DNA of 64,000 nt from Candidatus Poribacteria bacterium (GCA_965214095.1 OZ243938.1:3584001-3648000); one strand, 5' to 3'; numbered from the stretch's first letter, positions 30,772 to 41,308 are shown. Notes: generated from the sequence alone by a model not told the origin. Made by a program: numbers and translations.

Positions 30772-31764
30772 TTAACTGATACGTGGTAGGTTTCGGATTG
30801 TCTCAATAATGCGGTCTTCTAAGTCATTCGCATCACTATCTGGTATTCGATTGTGTTTATCCATCCAAGCGATATTTTCTGCGACACTTTCTGTTACCGG
30901 TATTTGTGGACTGAAGTTGGGTAATGCTTGTGCAAGTTTTTGGTGGCTAAAGATCTGTGTATGTCCAAAGTTACCTCGTAATCCACTGAATCTCTCTGGT
31001 GCCATTGCGATTAATGTTTCCTGAGATACATGCACGATTTCAATGTCAACACCGAGTGCAGCGGCTGCAGCACGATGCCACTCATCCCATGTGCGTGCTT
31101 GTGGATGAACAAGATTGTATATCTCTCCAAAACAATCAAGTTTGCCAAGTATTTCAGCGAATCCATCCCCTGCGTCCCGTGAGGCAAGGAATTGGAAATA
31201 GTTCAATCCATCCCCCGCAGAGAGAATAGGTTTTCCCTTTCGCAACCGATCAATCCAACTCCCATCTCCTCCGACTTGACGATGTAGATTCATACCCGGT
31301 CCGTGTGTATAAGATGGTTTGAATACTGTTACAGGAAATCCATCGTTGGCATGTGCTTCAAGCAATAGGTTATCTGCGGCGACTTTATTAAGTCCATATC
31401 CTGATGTGCCTTGTAGTGGTGCTGTTTCAGGTAGATTTATCCCACTGAATGGAGGTCCATAAGTCATTACGGTGGAGCATTGAACAAAGTGTCCGACGCG
31501 TCCTTGACATGCGCGGATGGCAGAAGCTGCGTCTTCTGCGTTGAAACTGATCATGTCAATGACAGCATCCCAGTTTTCCGCACTGACTTTTGCTTCAAAA
31601 TCGTCGCGATGTTGCCGGTCTCCCTTTATCACGCGGACATCAGATGGCGGTGGGTCGGCATGTTGTCCACGGTTGAATAGGACGACTTCGTGGTTGCGGT
31701 GAAGTAGTGCAGCGACGATTCCACGACTGATGTTTCCTGTTCCTCCGATAACTAAGACTTTCAT
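30772..31764 (-). CDS. NAD-dependent epimerase/dehydratase family protein
   Basis: VLVIGGTG.I Rossmann motif, FNRG, YG..K. Confidence 0.88.
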   Translation of the reverse strand: MKVLVIGGTGNISRGIVAALLHRNHEVVLFNRGQHADPPPSDVRVIKGDRQHRDDFEAKVSAENWDAVIDMISFNAEDAASAIRACQGRVGHFVQCSTVMTYGPPFSGINLPETAPLQGTSGYGLNKVAADNLLLEAHANDGFPVTVFKPSYTHGPGMNLHRQVGGDGSWIDRLRKGKPILSAGDGLNYFQFLASRDAGDGFAEILGKLDCFGEIYNLVHPQARTWDEWHRAAAAALGVDIEIVHVSQETLIAMAPERFSGLRGNFGHTQIFSHQKLAQALPNFSPQIPVTESVAENIAWMDKHNRIPDSDANDLEDRIIETIRNLPRIS

Positions 31765-32618
31765 TTGTTGGTTTCCTTTTGTATCAATTTGATTTCTGCG
31801 GGTGTTAATTCGTATAGCTTGTATACCAACTGGTTTATTTCTTGTTCAATGGAAGGGACATCAGCACTATCAGGTTTGCTGAGTATCCGATGAACTAAAA
31901 GAGATAATCCTGTCTTTTGATCTATATTCATTTTGGCTATTGGGACTGTTGACATCTTTCCCTTGCGCAACTTGAGACTTAATTTATTTTCAGCCTGATT
32001 AAACCGTGATTTGAAATACCAACTTAATAGTCTGCTGTTCAATATTGCAAGTAAGTGTAGATCAGCTGGTATTATAGAGTGGAGATATGCTTGAGTCGGA
32101 AGACCTACTGCGTCGTAGGCAGCCTGCATTGGACGACCAACACCAGGAACGGATGAATAAACAATTTTGGGTTGACAGAGTGTTGGTAAGAAATTCATTG
32201 GCTTAAGTTCCCACCAGAATTTTCCCTTATCCTGGTGATGCTTAGTCTTTAATCTCTCCTTGTAGCGTTTTAGGTGTTTGTAGATCGCCGGATATGTCCT
32301 TTGAAACACTTTCTCTGCTTCGGTTTCATCGTTTGTAAAGGACCATGGCCAATTTATCTTGTGGCTGCTCGCAATTTTAATTAGATTGACCGGATGCGTT
32401 TCCCATTTATTTTGCTTGCGTAAAAGAATTCTTTCCACGATTTCTCTGCTTCTGGTATCCTCATCAATCAACTGTTGAAGTGTAGATTTTTCTATAACGA
32501 ATGGACTCGGTTTGCCAATTTTGATACTACCCGTGTATACATTCCAACTTTGTTCTAAAGGTTGTCCAAGGTTTTCTATTTTATTTAAGACAGAGATGAT
32601 TTTTAGATTCATTGTCAA
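31761..32618 (-). CDS. stand-alone TaqI-C/Eco57I-like restriction-modification specificity domain, without methylase motifs
   Basis: YPAIY.HL..YKE.L...QDKG.FWWEL, PKIVY, LLAILNS, C-terminal IEQEINQLVY.LY.LT..EI. Confidence 0.7.
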   Translation of the reverse strand: MTMNLKIISVLNKIENLGQPLEQSWNVYTGSIKIGKPSPFVIEKSTLQQLIDEDTRSREIVERILLRKQNKWETHPVNLIKIASSHKINWPWSFTNDETEAEKVFQRTYPAIYKHLKRYKERLKTKHHQDKGKFWWELKPMNFLPTLCQPKIVYSSVPGVGRPMQAAYDAVGLPTQAYLHSIIPADLHLLAILNSRLLSWYFKSRFNQAENKLSLKLRKGKMSTVPIAKMNIDQKTGLSLLVHRILSKPDSADVPSIEQEINQLVYKLYELTPAEIKLIQKETNK

Positions 32619-32676
32619 ATCCCTTTGTAAGTTGATTCATGGTTTTGTTTTTCATATTAATCCTTTTAAAGTGATT

Positions 32677-32768
32677 ATACCAAATTAACGAGATCTGTAT
32701 TGTTTTTGATGCTGAAAACACTGGCGGGCAGGGTAACCCTGCCCCTACGATTTAGGTTAATTTGGTAT
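32677..32768. mobile_element. small MITE-like element with 13-bp TIR ATACCAAATTAAC carrying a REP hairpin
   Basis: perfect inverted ends; internal GGGCAGGG-TAA-CCCTGCCC-CTAC. Confidence 0.6.
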
Positions 32769-32814
32769 TATACCTCCTGTACAATAGTTTTCTTTGGTTT
32801 ATGCTGCCTATATG

Positions 32815-32928
32815 ATACCATTTCTATAAATGTTTATCCCATTAACATTTGTTAAGAATGTCTTGTAGGATGGCACAAACTGGCAGTTTGTGCTACAAAA
32901 ATGCGGTATTTTCTATTAGAAATGGTAT
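32815..32928. mobile_element. 114-bp MITE with TIR ATACCATTTCTA; inverted copy at 63741-63854
   Basis: two near-identical copies of equal length in opposite orientation; internal REP hairpin GCACAAACTGGCAGTTTGTGC-TAC. Confidence 0.8.
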
Positions 32929-33010
32929 GAAATAACGCTGCGATTAGTACCATCAATAATAGGAAAATCTACAAACAAGTTTTCATGTTGTTACTCTATG
33001 TGTATTTTAG

Positions 33011-33991
33011 TTATAGGTGATCAACATCAATAATCGCCCGTGCTAATGCCCAATCTAATCTGCGACGATAGCAGCCATCACGGCGCAGACCTTTGAAAGC
33101 AGTCAAGAATACATCGTGTGTTTTTTCTCGGATTGTTGCCAAATGTCTGTTCAACGGATTTATATCCACTCTCCATGGCACTCCAATTTTTGTAATTGAA
33201 CGACAATGACCACGCACCGTATAATCACCTAATTCTGATGGTGGACAAAAACGGATAGAAGCCGAGATTGTGTTGTCTATAGCAATGAGTCCCAAATTTC
33301 CCTTCGGTTCATTGAAGACTATATTGCGATTCCTTGAAGATGTTGGGAGATGTCTACGGAGTTCAGTGAGTTTCCCAAGCAGTTGATTATTTCTCCACAC
33401 GTTGATATCTGGTGTAATGTCTGGCGTAAATAGTGCTAAACCGACAGGGTGTTCAGTATCCTCAAACATGTTTGTTTTTTCTTTCATACTTTTTCTTTTA
33501 CTTGTTTCGTGTTGTGTTTGAGGAACTAAGGAGATAAAATCACATAACCGTTCTGAAAAGAGTCCGCTCCGAATATACGCTTCAGGGATTATAGCCGCAA
33601 CCCATTGACAATACGTCAGACATTTTTCAAGTGCAATTTTGTACATATCATTATAGCAAGTATTCTTTGGGAAAGGTAATCCCCTTCTTGTGGCGGAGTT
33701 CCGCGCTAACCATGGTGGATTGGTGATGCATACGTTGAATCCCGTGGGAAAATCTGTAAGTGTATCGCGTTGATTGATTCCTTTCTCACCAGGTTCAATA
33801 TCGTAAAATGCCCAATCTTGGCAAGTTAGATGCGTGGATTCTATTAACCGTGCTATGTCTTTAGCACCTGCGAAAGGTTCTAATACGGTCTGACGGTTTA
33901 ATTCTGAATTTTCTGCCCACTTTCTGAAAGGTTCTAATTGAAAAGGATTGCCACGGGTATAGTATTGTCCATTTGCGCGTTTATTATTCAT
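33011..33991 (-). CDS. orphan amino-DNA methyltransferase (N6-adenine type likely)
   Basis: GQYYT (motif X), LEPFAG (motif I), ITNPPW (motif IV). Confidence 0.75.
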   Translation of the reverse strand: MNNKRANGQYYTRGNPFQLEPFRKWAENSELNRQTVLEPFAGAKDIARLIESTHLTCQDWAFYDIEPGEKGINQRDTLTDFPTGFNVCITNPPWLARNSATRRGLPFPKNTCYNDMYKIALEKCLTYCQWVAAIIPEAYIRSGLFSERLCDFISLVPQTQHETSKRKSMKEKTNMFEDTEHPVGLALFTPDITPDINVWRNNQLLGKLTELRRHLPTSSRNRNIVFNEPKGNLGLIAIDNTISASIRFCPPSELGDYTVRGHCRSITKIGVPWRVDINPLNRHLATIREKTHDVFLTAFKGLRRDGCYRRRLDWALARAIIDVDHL

Positions 33992-34360
33992 TTATGTTAC
34001 TGTTTTTGTTGTTTTGAATTTATTGGATGTCTTTCAGTAATATACACATATTCGCGTAATATATCAAGTGGAATTTATTGAATGAAAGAGGCGCAATGAA
34101 TTGCGCGACTACAAACCAGACGCATTGAAGAGAATTACATTTTTGGATTGTGAAACATCACCTATTGAATGTCCGAGGTGCAATAGAGCGCGCGGGTGAA
34201 TGTGCGTTAGACATTTCACAACTGTTCATATTCTGGTTGATACTTTTAGGCAATTGGTAATTTTTTCTGTACACGGATCCTGTCTATGACTGGGTTTTTC
34301 CGACCAAAAAATTACCAATTTTACCAATTGGTAGATTTGCAGGATTATAAATTTGTTTCT

Positions 34361-34465
34361 GCAAAGTTCCTATTCCCAGTTTGACGTTTATTCTCTGGAT
34401 GGCACTTTGATGTTTCAGATTCTTATCCTGAAAATCTACTAATCCTGAAAATCCTGGTTCAGACA
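34361..34465. repeat. copy of the TGTCTGAACCAGGATT foldback repeat family (right end)
   Basis: aatcctgaaaatcctggttcagaca end; internal caaagttcctattcccagtttgacg shared with the copy near 46083. Confidence 0.75.
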
Positions 34466-34605
34466 AGGAAGAACTCCACTAAATTGATGTCTATGATACC
34501 AAAAACTTTACACACCCCTCTATGACAAAAATATTTGACAAACTTACCTATAACGTGTAATATATCAATCAAATTCAGTTGTTGGGTTAAACTTAAATCA
34601 AAATA

Positions 34606-34626
34606 TGAATATGAGTCTCAATATCA
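34606..34626. promoter_or_regulatory. Fur-box-like operator upstream of the iron ABC transporter
   Basis: two overlapping imperfect 7-1-7 inverted repeats offset by 6 nt (TGAATATGAGTCTCA, TGAGTCTCAATATCA), downstream of TTGACA-17-TAATAT (34535-34563). Confidence 0.5.
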
Positions 34627-34646
34627 TAAAAAATAAGGAGATGACT

Positions 34647-35657
34647 ATGCTTAAAAATCATTTGAATTTCTTCAGATACTTTCTAATAATTGTGTTGGTG
34701 TTTACGTTGATTACTGCGACACATGCAGAGACATTAACGCTGTATTCCGGACGTAGTAAGAGTTTGGTTGATCCGATTATTCAGCAATTTGAAAAAGAAA
34801 CAGGTATTGAAGTAAAGGTAAGTTATGCAAATACAACTCAGTTGGCAGCGAAACTTCGGACTGAGGGAGATAATAGTCCTGCCGATCTATTTTGGGCGCA
34901 GGATGCGGGTGCATTGGGTGCGGTAAGTAAGAAAGGTCTGTTTGCGAAACTGCCGGAATCTGCTCTTAGTAAAGTTCCAGAAACTTTCCGACAAACCGAC
35001 GGATTGTGGATTGCGACAAGTGGTAGGGCGCGTGTGCTTGCATATTCACCTGAACGCGTAAGTGCAGAAACACTCCCAGATAGTGTGTTTGATTTGACGC
35101 TACCGAAGTGGAAAGGAAAAGTGGGGTGGGCACCGCTCAATGCTTCGTTCCAAGCGTTTGTAACTGCAATGCGGGCGCAGGTAGGTGAGGAACGTGCTGA
35201 ACAGTGGCTGCGTGATATGAAAGCAAACGGGGCAAAAACATATCCAAAGAATACACCGATTATTGAAGCACTTGCTGCTGGGGAAATTGATCTCGGTTTA
35301 CCGAACCATTACTATCTCTTTCGTTTCAAGAAAGGAAATTCAAAATATCCTGTTGAGCAGACCTTTTTTAAAGCAAATGATCCGGGTAATCTTGTTAATG
35401 TTGCTGGAATTGGTTTATTAAAAAGTAGTGAAAACCGAGAAACTGCCCTGAAGTTCATTGCATATCTTCTTTCTGTGAAGGCACAACAATACTTCGTCAG
35501 TGAAGTGTTTGAGTATCCCGTTACTGAAGGTGTGATACCGAATGCCAACTTGTTGCCTTTGGATGAATTGCTAAAGATTGTACCGACGTTCAACTTGAAT
35601 GAAATGGACGATCTTGAAGGGACACTGAAACTTTTGAGACGTGTGGAGATTATGTAG
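34647..35657 (+). CDS. Fe(III) ABC transporter substrate-binding protein (FutA/FbpA-like)
   Basis: signal peptide, LYSGR, SPADL, SGRARV, NHYY iron-ligand tyrosines; start set from the AAGGAG RBS. Confidence 0.9.
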   Translation: MLKNHLNFFRYFLIIVLVFTLITATHAETLTLYSGRSKSLVDPIIQQFEKETGIEVKVSYANTTQLAAKLRTEGDNSPADLFWAQDAGALGAVSKKGLFAKLPESALSKVPETFRQTDGLWIATSGRARVLAYSPERVSAETLPDSVFDLTLPKWKGKVGWAPLNASFQAFVTAMRAQVGEERAEQWLRDMKANGAKTYPKNTPIIEALAAGEIDLGLPNHYYLFRFKKGNSKYPVEQTFFKANDPGNLVNVAGIGLLKSSENRETALKFIAYLLSVKAQQYFVSEVFEYPVTEGVIPNANLLPLDELLKIVPTFNLNEMDDLEGTLKLLRRVEIM

Positions 35658-35877
35658 ATAAGGTTTGAATACTTACTTATAGTGAATTATAAATATAAGT
35701 TGACACTTTCGACCCACGGTAGGCGAGGTTTCCTAACATCGCCGATGCAGAGTGTTCAAGTAATTTCAAAATCTACTATAGTTTTTGAGGTGAGTCACCA
35801 TAAGACAACACACCTTTTCTTCTGTTAGTCAAAGATGGTCCTTCATTATACCAACAATACTTGTTGGTGTATGTGGT

Positions 35878-37353
35878 TTGGTGCCGTTACTATATCTGAT
35901 AATTGAAGCGATTAATGTCGAAGGTAGTGTCCTTGTTGGAAATCTGTTTCGCATGCTTAATGCGAAACTATTTTTCAATACATTGCTGTTGACTGTTGGC
36001 GTTCTTGTTCTTAATATTCTTTTGGTGACTCCTGCTGCATGGTTGACGGCACATTCAGACCTACGTGGCAAACGGATTTTTAGTGTCCTATGTACATTAC
36101 CGTTAGCAATCCCTGGGTATGTGATGGCATTAGCTCTCTTGGGACTCGGTGGTAATAACGGTATTTTCGCATCATTGTTTGGTAAGAGTATCCCCCGTCT
36201 TAGCGGTTACTGGGGTGCTTTAATCGCGCTCTCTTTCTACACAAGTCCATATCTTTTTCTGAACTTACGGACAGCACTTCAAGGATTGGATCCTAATCTT
36301 GAAGAGTCCGCGAGGAGTCTGGGGTATCGGCAGTGGCGTGTGTTTTTTCGTGTTATCCTACCACAACTTCGTCCGGCATTTTATGCTGCGGGGATGCTTA
36401 TTACACTTCATGTGGTCGGGGATTTCGGTGTTGTCTCGTTAATGCGATTTGAGACATTTAGTTATGCGCTTTACGTTGAGTATAGTGTTGCATTTGAATA
36501 TAACTACGCAGCGTGGCTCGGTCTAATACTTCTCAGTTTTACTGGGTGTCTGCTGTTTCTTGAAATGCGTCTTTTGAGTACTGTAACTCTTTATCGTGCT
36601 GGACATGGTGTCTCCCGGCACCGCTCTTTTATTCCATTACACAAATGGTCAGGTATCGGATATTCATATTTGGTATTACTTTTTATTGTCACTGTCGGCA
36701 TACCGACAATAACAGTATGTCTTTGGATGTATAAGGGGTTTGATACGTCAACATTAGTTGACCTGTTGGAATCGTTAATTGGTTCATTAGGCGTGGCTAT
36801 TCCGGCAGCAGTTTGTAGTGCTGTTTTAGCTGTTCCATTTGCATATATCGGTGTGCGTTATTCCGGACGTTTCTCAAACATATTGGCGCGTATCCCGTAT
36901 TTTATTTATGCCATCCCACCACTTGCTCTCGGTTTATCCATTATCTTTTCTATTGGCAGTGCTAATACCATAGTGATATTGATCTGCGCGTGTATTCTTC
37001 ACTTCCTTGCTGAAGCGACTGGTCCTGTCCGCAGTTCCATCTATCAGACCTCACCGCATTTGGAGGAAGCAGCACGGACACTCGGTTGTTCATCCTTCCA
37101 AGCATTTTGTCGGACATTATTGCCACTTATCTTACGTGGTATGTTGATTGCCATGGCACTTGTGTTTCTTGCTACAATGAAGGAATTGCCGCTTACACTC
37201 CTCCTACGTCCTGCTGGATACGAGACATTAGCAGCAAATGTGTGGGATTACACCTCTGAAGCGATGTATGCAGAAGCTGCACTCAATGCATTTGTCATAC
37301 TACTTTTTTCTGCTATATTTGTCCGTTTCCTTATCCGCAAAGATGAGGCGTGA
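35878..37353 (+). CDS. Fe(III) ABC transporter permease (FutB/FbpB-like); true start probably upstream, near 35800
   Basis: two EAA loops (LEESARSLG, LEEAARTLG), LPLAIPGYV, DFG. Confidence 0.9.
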   Translation: MVPLLYLIIEAINVEGSVLVGNLFRMLNAKLFFNTLLLTVGVLVLNILLVTPAAWLTAHSDLRGKRIFSVLCTLPLAIPGYVMALALLGLGGNNGIFASLFGKSIPRLSGYWGALIALSFYTSPYLFLNLRTALQGLDPNLEESARSLGYRQWRVFFRVILPQLRPAFYAAGMLITLHVVGDFGVVSLMRFETFSYALYVEYSVAFEYNYAAWLGLILLSFTGCLLFLEMRLLSTVTLYRAGHGVSRHRSFIPLHKWSGIGYSYLVLLFIVTVGIPTITVCLWMYKGFDTSTLVDLLESLIGSLGVAIPAAVCSAVLAVPFAYIGVRYSGRFSNILARIPYFIYAIPPLALGLSIIFSIGSANTIVILICACILHFLAEATGPVRSSIYQTSPHLEEAARTLGCSSFQAFCRTLLPLILRGMLIAMALVFLATMKELPLTLLLRPAGYETLAANVWDYTSEAMYAEAALNAFVILLFSAIFVRFLIRKDEA

Positions 37354-37373
37354 GACAATTTGTCAACAATTCT

Positions 37374-37402
37374 TTGACATATCTGTCTATATTTGATATA
37401 AT
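37374..37402 (+). promoter_or_regulatory. sigma70 promoter upstream of the DUF4956-CotH operon
   Basis: TTGACA-17 nt-TATAAT. Confidence 0.65.
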
Positions 37403-37469
37403 GCGCGAATACCGTCTATCAGGTTTATTTAGTTTTAGGTTTTTCTTAACTCCTACTAAATGCCAAAGC

Positions 37470-37672
37470 CGGTAGGTTCGGTTTCCTAACCGAACCGGAT
37501 TTGTGCCAAATACCTTTATAGAGGTTCTCGCACAGGTTGCGTGCGGTTAGGAAACCGCACCTATCGGCCTGGGGAAAACGCCTAATTTACACTAAATTGA
37601 CGCCTATGGTTCGGTTTCCTAACCGAACCTACCAGCACGGGAATAACGCGTAATTTTCCTTAAATTGATGCC
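37470..37672. repeat. REP family A cluster with IS4-type TIR remnants; similar clusters at 41049-41143, 42727-42882, 46139-46235, 55263-55487 and 61423-61853
   Basis: repeated GTAGGTTCGGTTTCCTAACCGAACC units, shared spacer gtgccaaatacctt(t/c)atagaggttctc and taaattgacgcctatg ends. Confidence 0.85.
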
Positions 37673-37726
37673 CGACCTGTTCACCGTGAAGAAACTTGCT
37701 GTGCAATATTATATGGAATACATACA

Positions 37727-38377
37727 TTGTTAGATTTTTTTACCTTGCCCACGTATAATACACTCGGTCTGAACGCACTCAGGATATTCCTCTCTTTCGC
37801 ACTGAGTCTATTTATTGTCCTTATCTATCAGTGGACACATACCAAGGTTCCACAAAGATCTTTTACCAATACACTTATTATATTATGTATACTAATATCA
37901 GTGGTGATGGTAGTTATCGGTGATAGTATTGCGCGTGCGTTTAGTCTTGTTGGTGCTTTGTCAATAATCCGTTTTCGTACAGCGATTCAAGACCCGCGGG
38001 ACATTGCGTTTGTGTTTTATGCATTAGCTGTTGGCATGGCAGTTGGTGCTGGAAGTCCCGCAGTTGCTATACTTGCTACATTCCTCATAGGTATCATCAT
38101 CCTTTGTATGTATCATTGGCATCAACATTTTGATAAAAGGGATGAATTTACACTTGAGATCTGTTTACCATCTAACATTACTTCCGAAACGGTGTATCGT
38201 CAAATATTTGATAAGCACGTTATACAGGAACGTCTGATTGAAAAACGGATCAAAAAGACACAGGTTGTTGAGCTGAATTTTCGTGTCAAATTGGCAAAGC
38301 CGGACGACTGGCTGACGTTTTATAATGAACTCACGACGAATGAAAATATTGTAGAAGTGAAATTGGATAAGGAGTAA
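37727..38377 (+). CDS. DUF4956 family membrane protein
   Basis: IG.SIARAFSLVGALSIIRFRTA..DPRD..F.F...AVGMA.G. Confidence 0.85.
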   Translation: MLDFFTLPTYNTLGLNALRIFLSFALSLFIVLIYQWTHTKVPQRSFTNTLIILCILISVVMVVIGDSIARAFSLVGALSIIRFRTAIQDPRDIAFVFYALAVGMAVGAGSPAVAILATFLIGIIILCMYHWHQHFDKRDEFTLEICLPSNITSETVYRQIFDKHVIQERLIEKRIKKTQVVELNFRVKLAKPDDWLTFYNELTTNENIVEVKLDKE

Positions 38378-38434
38378 AAGACGAACACTTCTGTGCATCA
38401 GCTGTCTAAACCTGAAAAAATAAAGGAGCTTACA

Positions 38435-40924
38435 ATGAAACTGATAAAAATAATACTACTATTTGGCATCATATTATGTTTTGCTACTTACGTTTATGCA
38501 CAAGATAATGCGACATCAGACAAACTTACTGAAGACCAGAAACGATTTGACTTTGATGGGAATGGAACGCTTAGTCCCGATGAAAACTCGGTAATGGTTA
38601 GCGTTACAAATATAGAAGTCTTCACTGATAGTAAATTCAGCAGTGAAGAGATAGAGAAAATGCGTGGTGGTGGTGGTGGTCCTCCACAAGGTTTTGGCGG
38701 TGGTCCTCCTCAAGGTTTTGGTGGTGGAGGTCGTCCCCCACAAGGTGGTGGAGGTGGTAGACGGGGTCCCCGTCCACCGGAAAAATTGGTTGAAAAGTTT
38801 GATACAAATAAAGATGGGAAGTTGACAGGAGATGAGCGAAAAGCAGCTATTGAAGCACGAGGTGAAGTTTATATGCCTGAGCAACGCGCTGGTACACCTG
38901 TTGGCGATATTCAAGATGATGTGAAAAATAGCCTTGCTGCTGCACCAAAAGATTCACCGAATCTCTATGATGCGGGAACACTCCGTACATTATATCTCCG
39001 TTTCCACGATGAAGATTGGTACGCACAACTGAACGCATTTTATCGCACAGATGTTGAAGTGCCTGCAGATTTGGTTGTAGATGGAAAAGTATATAAGGAG
39101 ATAGGTGTTCGCGCGCGTGGCACTTCATCCTACTTTACTGTGAATTCCGCCAAGAAATCGTTTAATGTTGCCATTGACTATGGTGACGATTCCCAAAGAC
39201 TTAATGGATACAAAACGCTCAATTTGCTCAATGGACATGTTGATGCATCATTTCTTAGAGAGGTACTGTTTAATAGAATTGCGCGAGACTATTTTCCGGC
39301 AATGAAAACGAACCTTGTGAGATTGGTTATCAACGGTGAAAGTTGGGGTGTTTATATCAATCTTCAGCAGTATAACAAGGATTTTTTGGATGAGTGGTTT
39401 GGCACAAGAGATGGCGTGCGGTTTAAAGTGGGACCCGGTGGCGGTGGATTGACTTATACAGGAAACGATGTTGAAGCATATCAGGGGACGTATCAACTCA
39501 AGACTGCGAATGTTGAAAATCCTTATGATAATCTGATTGAACTGACTGAGATGCTTGACGCAAAAACACCTGATGAGAAGTTGAAAACCGACCTACCATC
39601 CATATTAAATATTGACCGTGCACTGTGGCAACTCGCTGTCTCAAACGTTTTTATGGATGATGATAGTTATATTCACAAAGGTGGAGATTTTTCTATTTAT
39701 CAGGATGTCAACGAGAGATTCCATCTCATATCGCATGACAATAATGAAACTTTCAGATTTGGTGCAGAACGGCGAGGTGGTGGTCCAGGTGGCAGAGGTC
39801 CCGGCGGTTGGTCGTGGGGAGAATTGTCAGATGGAATGGTATCACCTGTTACACATGCAGAAAATAACATGCGACCCGTTATTAGCCGTCTGATCGGCGT
39901 TCCAGAGTGGAAAGCGCGGTATATCGCACATGTCCAAACTGTCGTGGATGAGTGGCTCAATTGGGAGGTGATGGAACCTGTCATCAGAGAGTATCACACC
40001 CTTATTGCTGAGGATGTTGAGAGCGATGATAAGAAGTTATATGACTACAATAGTTTTCTGGAAAGTGTTGATAAAGAAGGTGTTCGACGCACTCCGAGTT
40101 TCAAAGTATTTGTTACACAACGACGCGACAATCTACTGAATCATCCTGAATTGAATAAACCGACACCGAAGATTCTCTCCGTTTCCACACCAGAAAATCC
40201 CGTTGCAAATCAATCTGTTGAAATAATGGCAGAATTGGATAATACTGTTGCGGCGGATTCTGTTCTGTTGTATTATGGCACTGACAGACATGTACCTTTT
40301 AGTCATGTGGCAATGTCAAGAAACGGGGACAGATATGTAGGAAGTATTCCCGGTTTTCCAGTGGAAACAGCCGTATATTACTATGTTGAAGCGAGTGCTG
40401 TGGAAACACATGGCACTACAACATTTTCACCGGCACGTGCAGAATTTGGTGCAGCACATTACCGCGTCACTGCACCGCGTGCGAAATCGATATCAGTTGT
40501 AATAAATGAACTGATGGCAGCAAATACACAGAGCATAACTGATCCGCAAGGCGAATACGAAGACTGGCTTGAACTGCACAATATTACAGATGAAGTTGTG
40601 AATTTGGCAGGGATGTATCTCACTGATAAAGCTGACAATTTGAAGAAATGGGAATTTCCTGAAGGGACTACTATTCCCGCACACGGATACTTAATTGTAT
40701 GGTTAGATGAAGATGGTAAGGCAACAGATGGACTGCATGCCAACTTTAAATTGTCACGAAACGGTGAAACTGTGATGTTGGTGGATACGGATGCACGCAA
40801 CAATCAAATTGTTGATATTATTGCTTTTGAGCAGTTGGAGAGAGATATTGCTCTTGGTAGATCGCCAAATGCCAACGGTGAATTTCAAGTTTTACCGATG
40901 ACACCTGGGAAACGAAACAGGTAG
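38435..40924 (+). CDS. secreted CotH-kinase family protein with EF-hand-like motifs, Gly-rich repeats and a C-terminal lamin-tail domain
   Basis: signal peptide; DFDGNGTLS and DTNKDGKLT EF-hand-like loops; GVRARG.SS, D.SFLRE, L.INGE.WGVY; VVINELMA..DWLEL. Confidence 0.85.
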   Translation: MKLIKIILLFGIILCFATYVYAQDNATSDKLTEDQKRFDFDGNGTLSPDENSVMVSVTNIEVFTDSKFSSEEIEKMRGGGGGPPQGFGGGPPQGFGGGGRPPQGGGGGRRGPRPPEKLVEKFDTNKDGKLTGDERKAAIEARGEVYMPEQRAGTPVGDIQDDVKNSLAAAPKDSPNLYDAGTLRTLYLRFHDEDWYAQLNAFYRTDVEVPADLVVDGKVYKEIGVRARGTSSYFTVNSAKKSFNVAIDYGDDSQRLNGYKTLNLLNGHVDASFLREVLFNRIARDYFPAMKTNLVRLVINGESWGVYINLQQYNKDFLDEWFGTRDGVRFKVGPGGGGLTYTGNDVEAYQGTYQLKTANVENPYDNLIELTEMLDAKTPDEKLKTDLPSILNIDRALWQLAVSNVFMDDDSYIHKGGDFSIYQDVNERFHLISHDNNETFRFGAERRGGGPGGRGPGGWSWGELSDGMVSPVTHAENNMRPVISRLIGVPEWKARYIAHVQTVVDEWLNWEVMEPVIREYHTLIAEDVESDDKKLYDYNSFLESVDKEGVRRTPSFKVFVTQRRDNLLNHPELNKPTPKILSVSTPENPVANQSVEIMAELDNTVAADSVLLYYGTDRHVPFSHVAMSRNGDRYVGSIPGFPVETAVYYYVEASAVETHGTTTFSPARAEFGAAHYRVTAPRAKSISVVINELMAANTQSITDPQGEYEDWLELHNITDEVVNLAGMYLTDKADNLKKWEFPEGTTIPAHGYLIVWLDEDGKATDGLHANFKLSRNGETVMLVDTDARNNQIVDIIAFEQLERDIALGRSPNANGEFQVLPMTPGKRNR

Positions 40925-41308
40925 TTTAAAGTGAAATCTATAATTACTTGCACACAATTGTAGCGCAAACTGCCAGTTTGCGTACACTACTGCACAAACT
41001 GGATGAAGATTAATTTATTAAACGGGTAATTCTTATTTTCCCAAACCCGGTAGGTGCGGTTTCCTAACCGCACGGAACCTGTGCGAGAACCTCTATAAAG
41101 GTATTTGGCACAAATCCGGTTCGGTTAGGAAACCGAACCTACCTTAGTGTGCATATATTTTTGTATTTCACTATATATCATAAAAAATGTATCTCCAAAA
41201 GAAATACGAACCTTTTTTGTTCTTGTGATGTCTAACGTGTTAAAAGCAAAATTTGAAACGAATAGCAAGAAAACTACGTGAGACTTACATGACTTCTGGA
41301 GGAGATAA

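Noticed and set aside
34284-34466. ORFs 34284-34466 and 45948-46202 sharing the peptide QRINVKLGIGTL
   Set aside because: The shared peptide comes from a shared noncoding repeat, not from a protein family.
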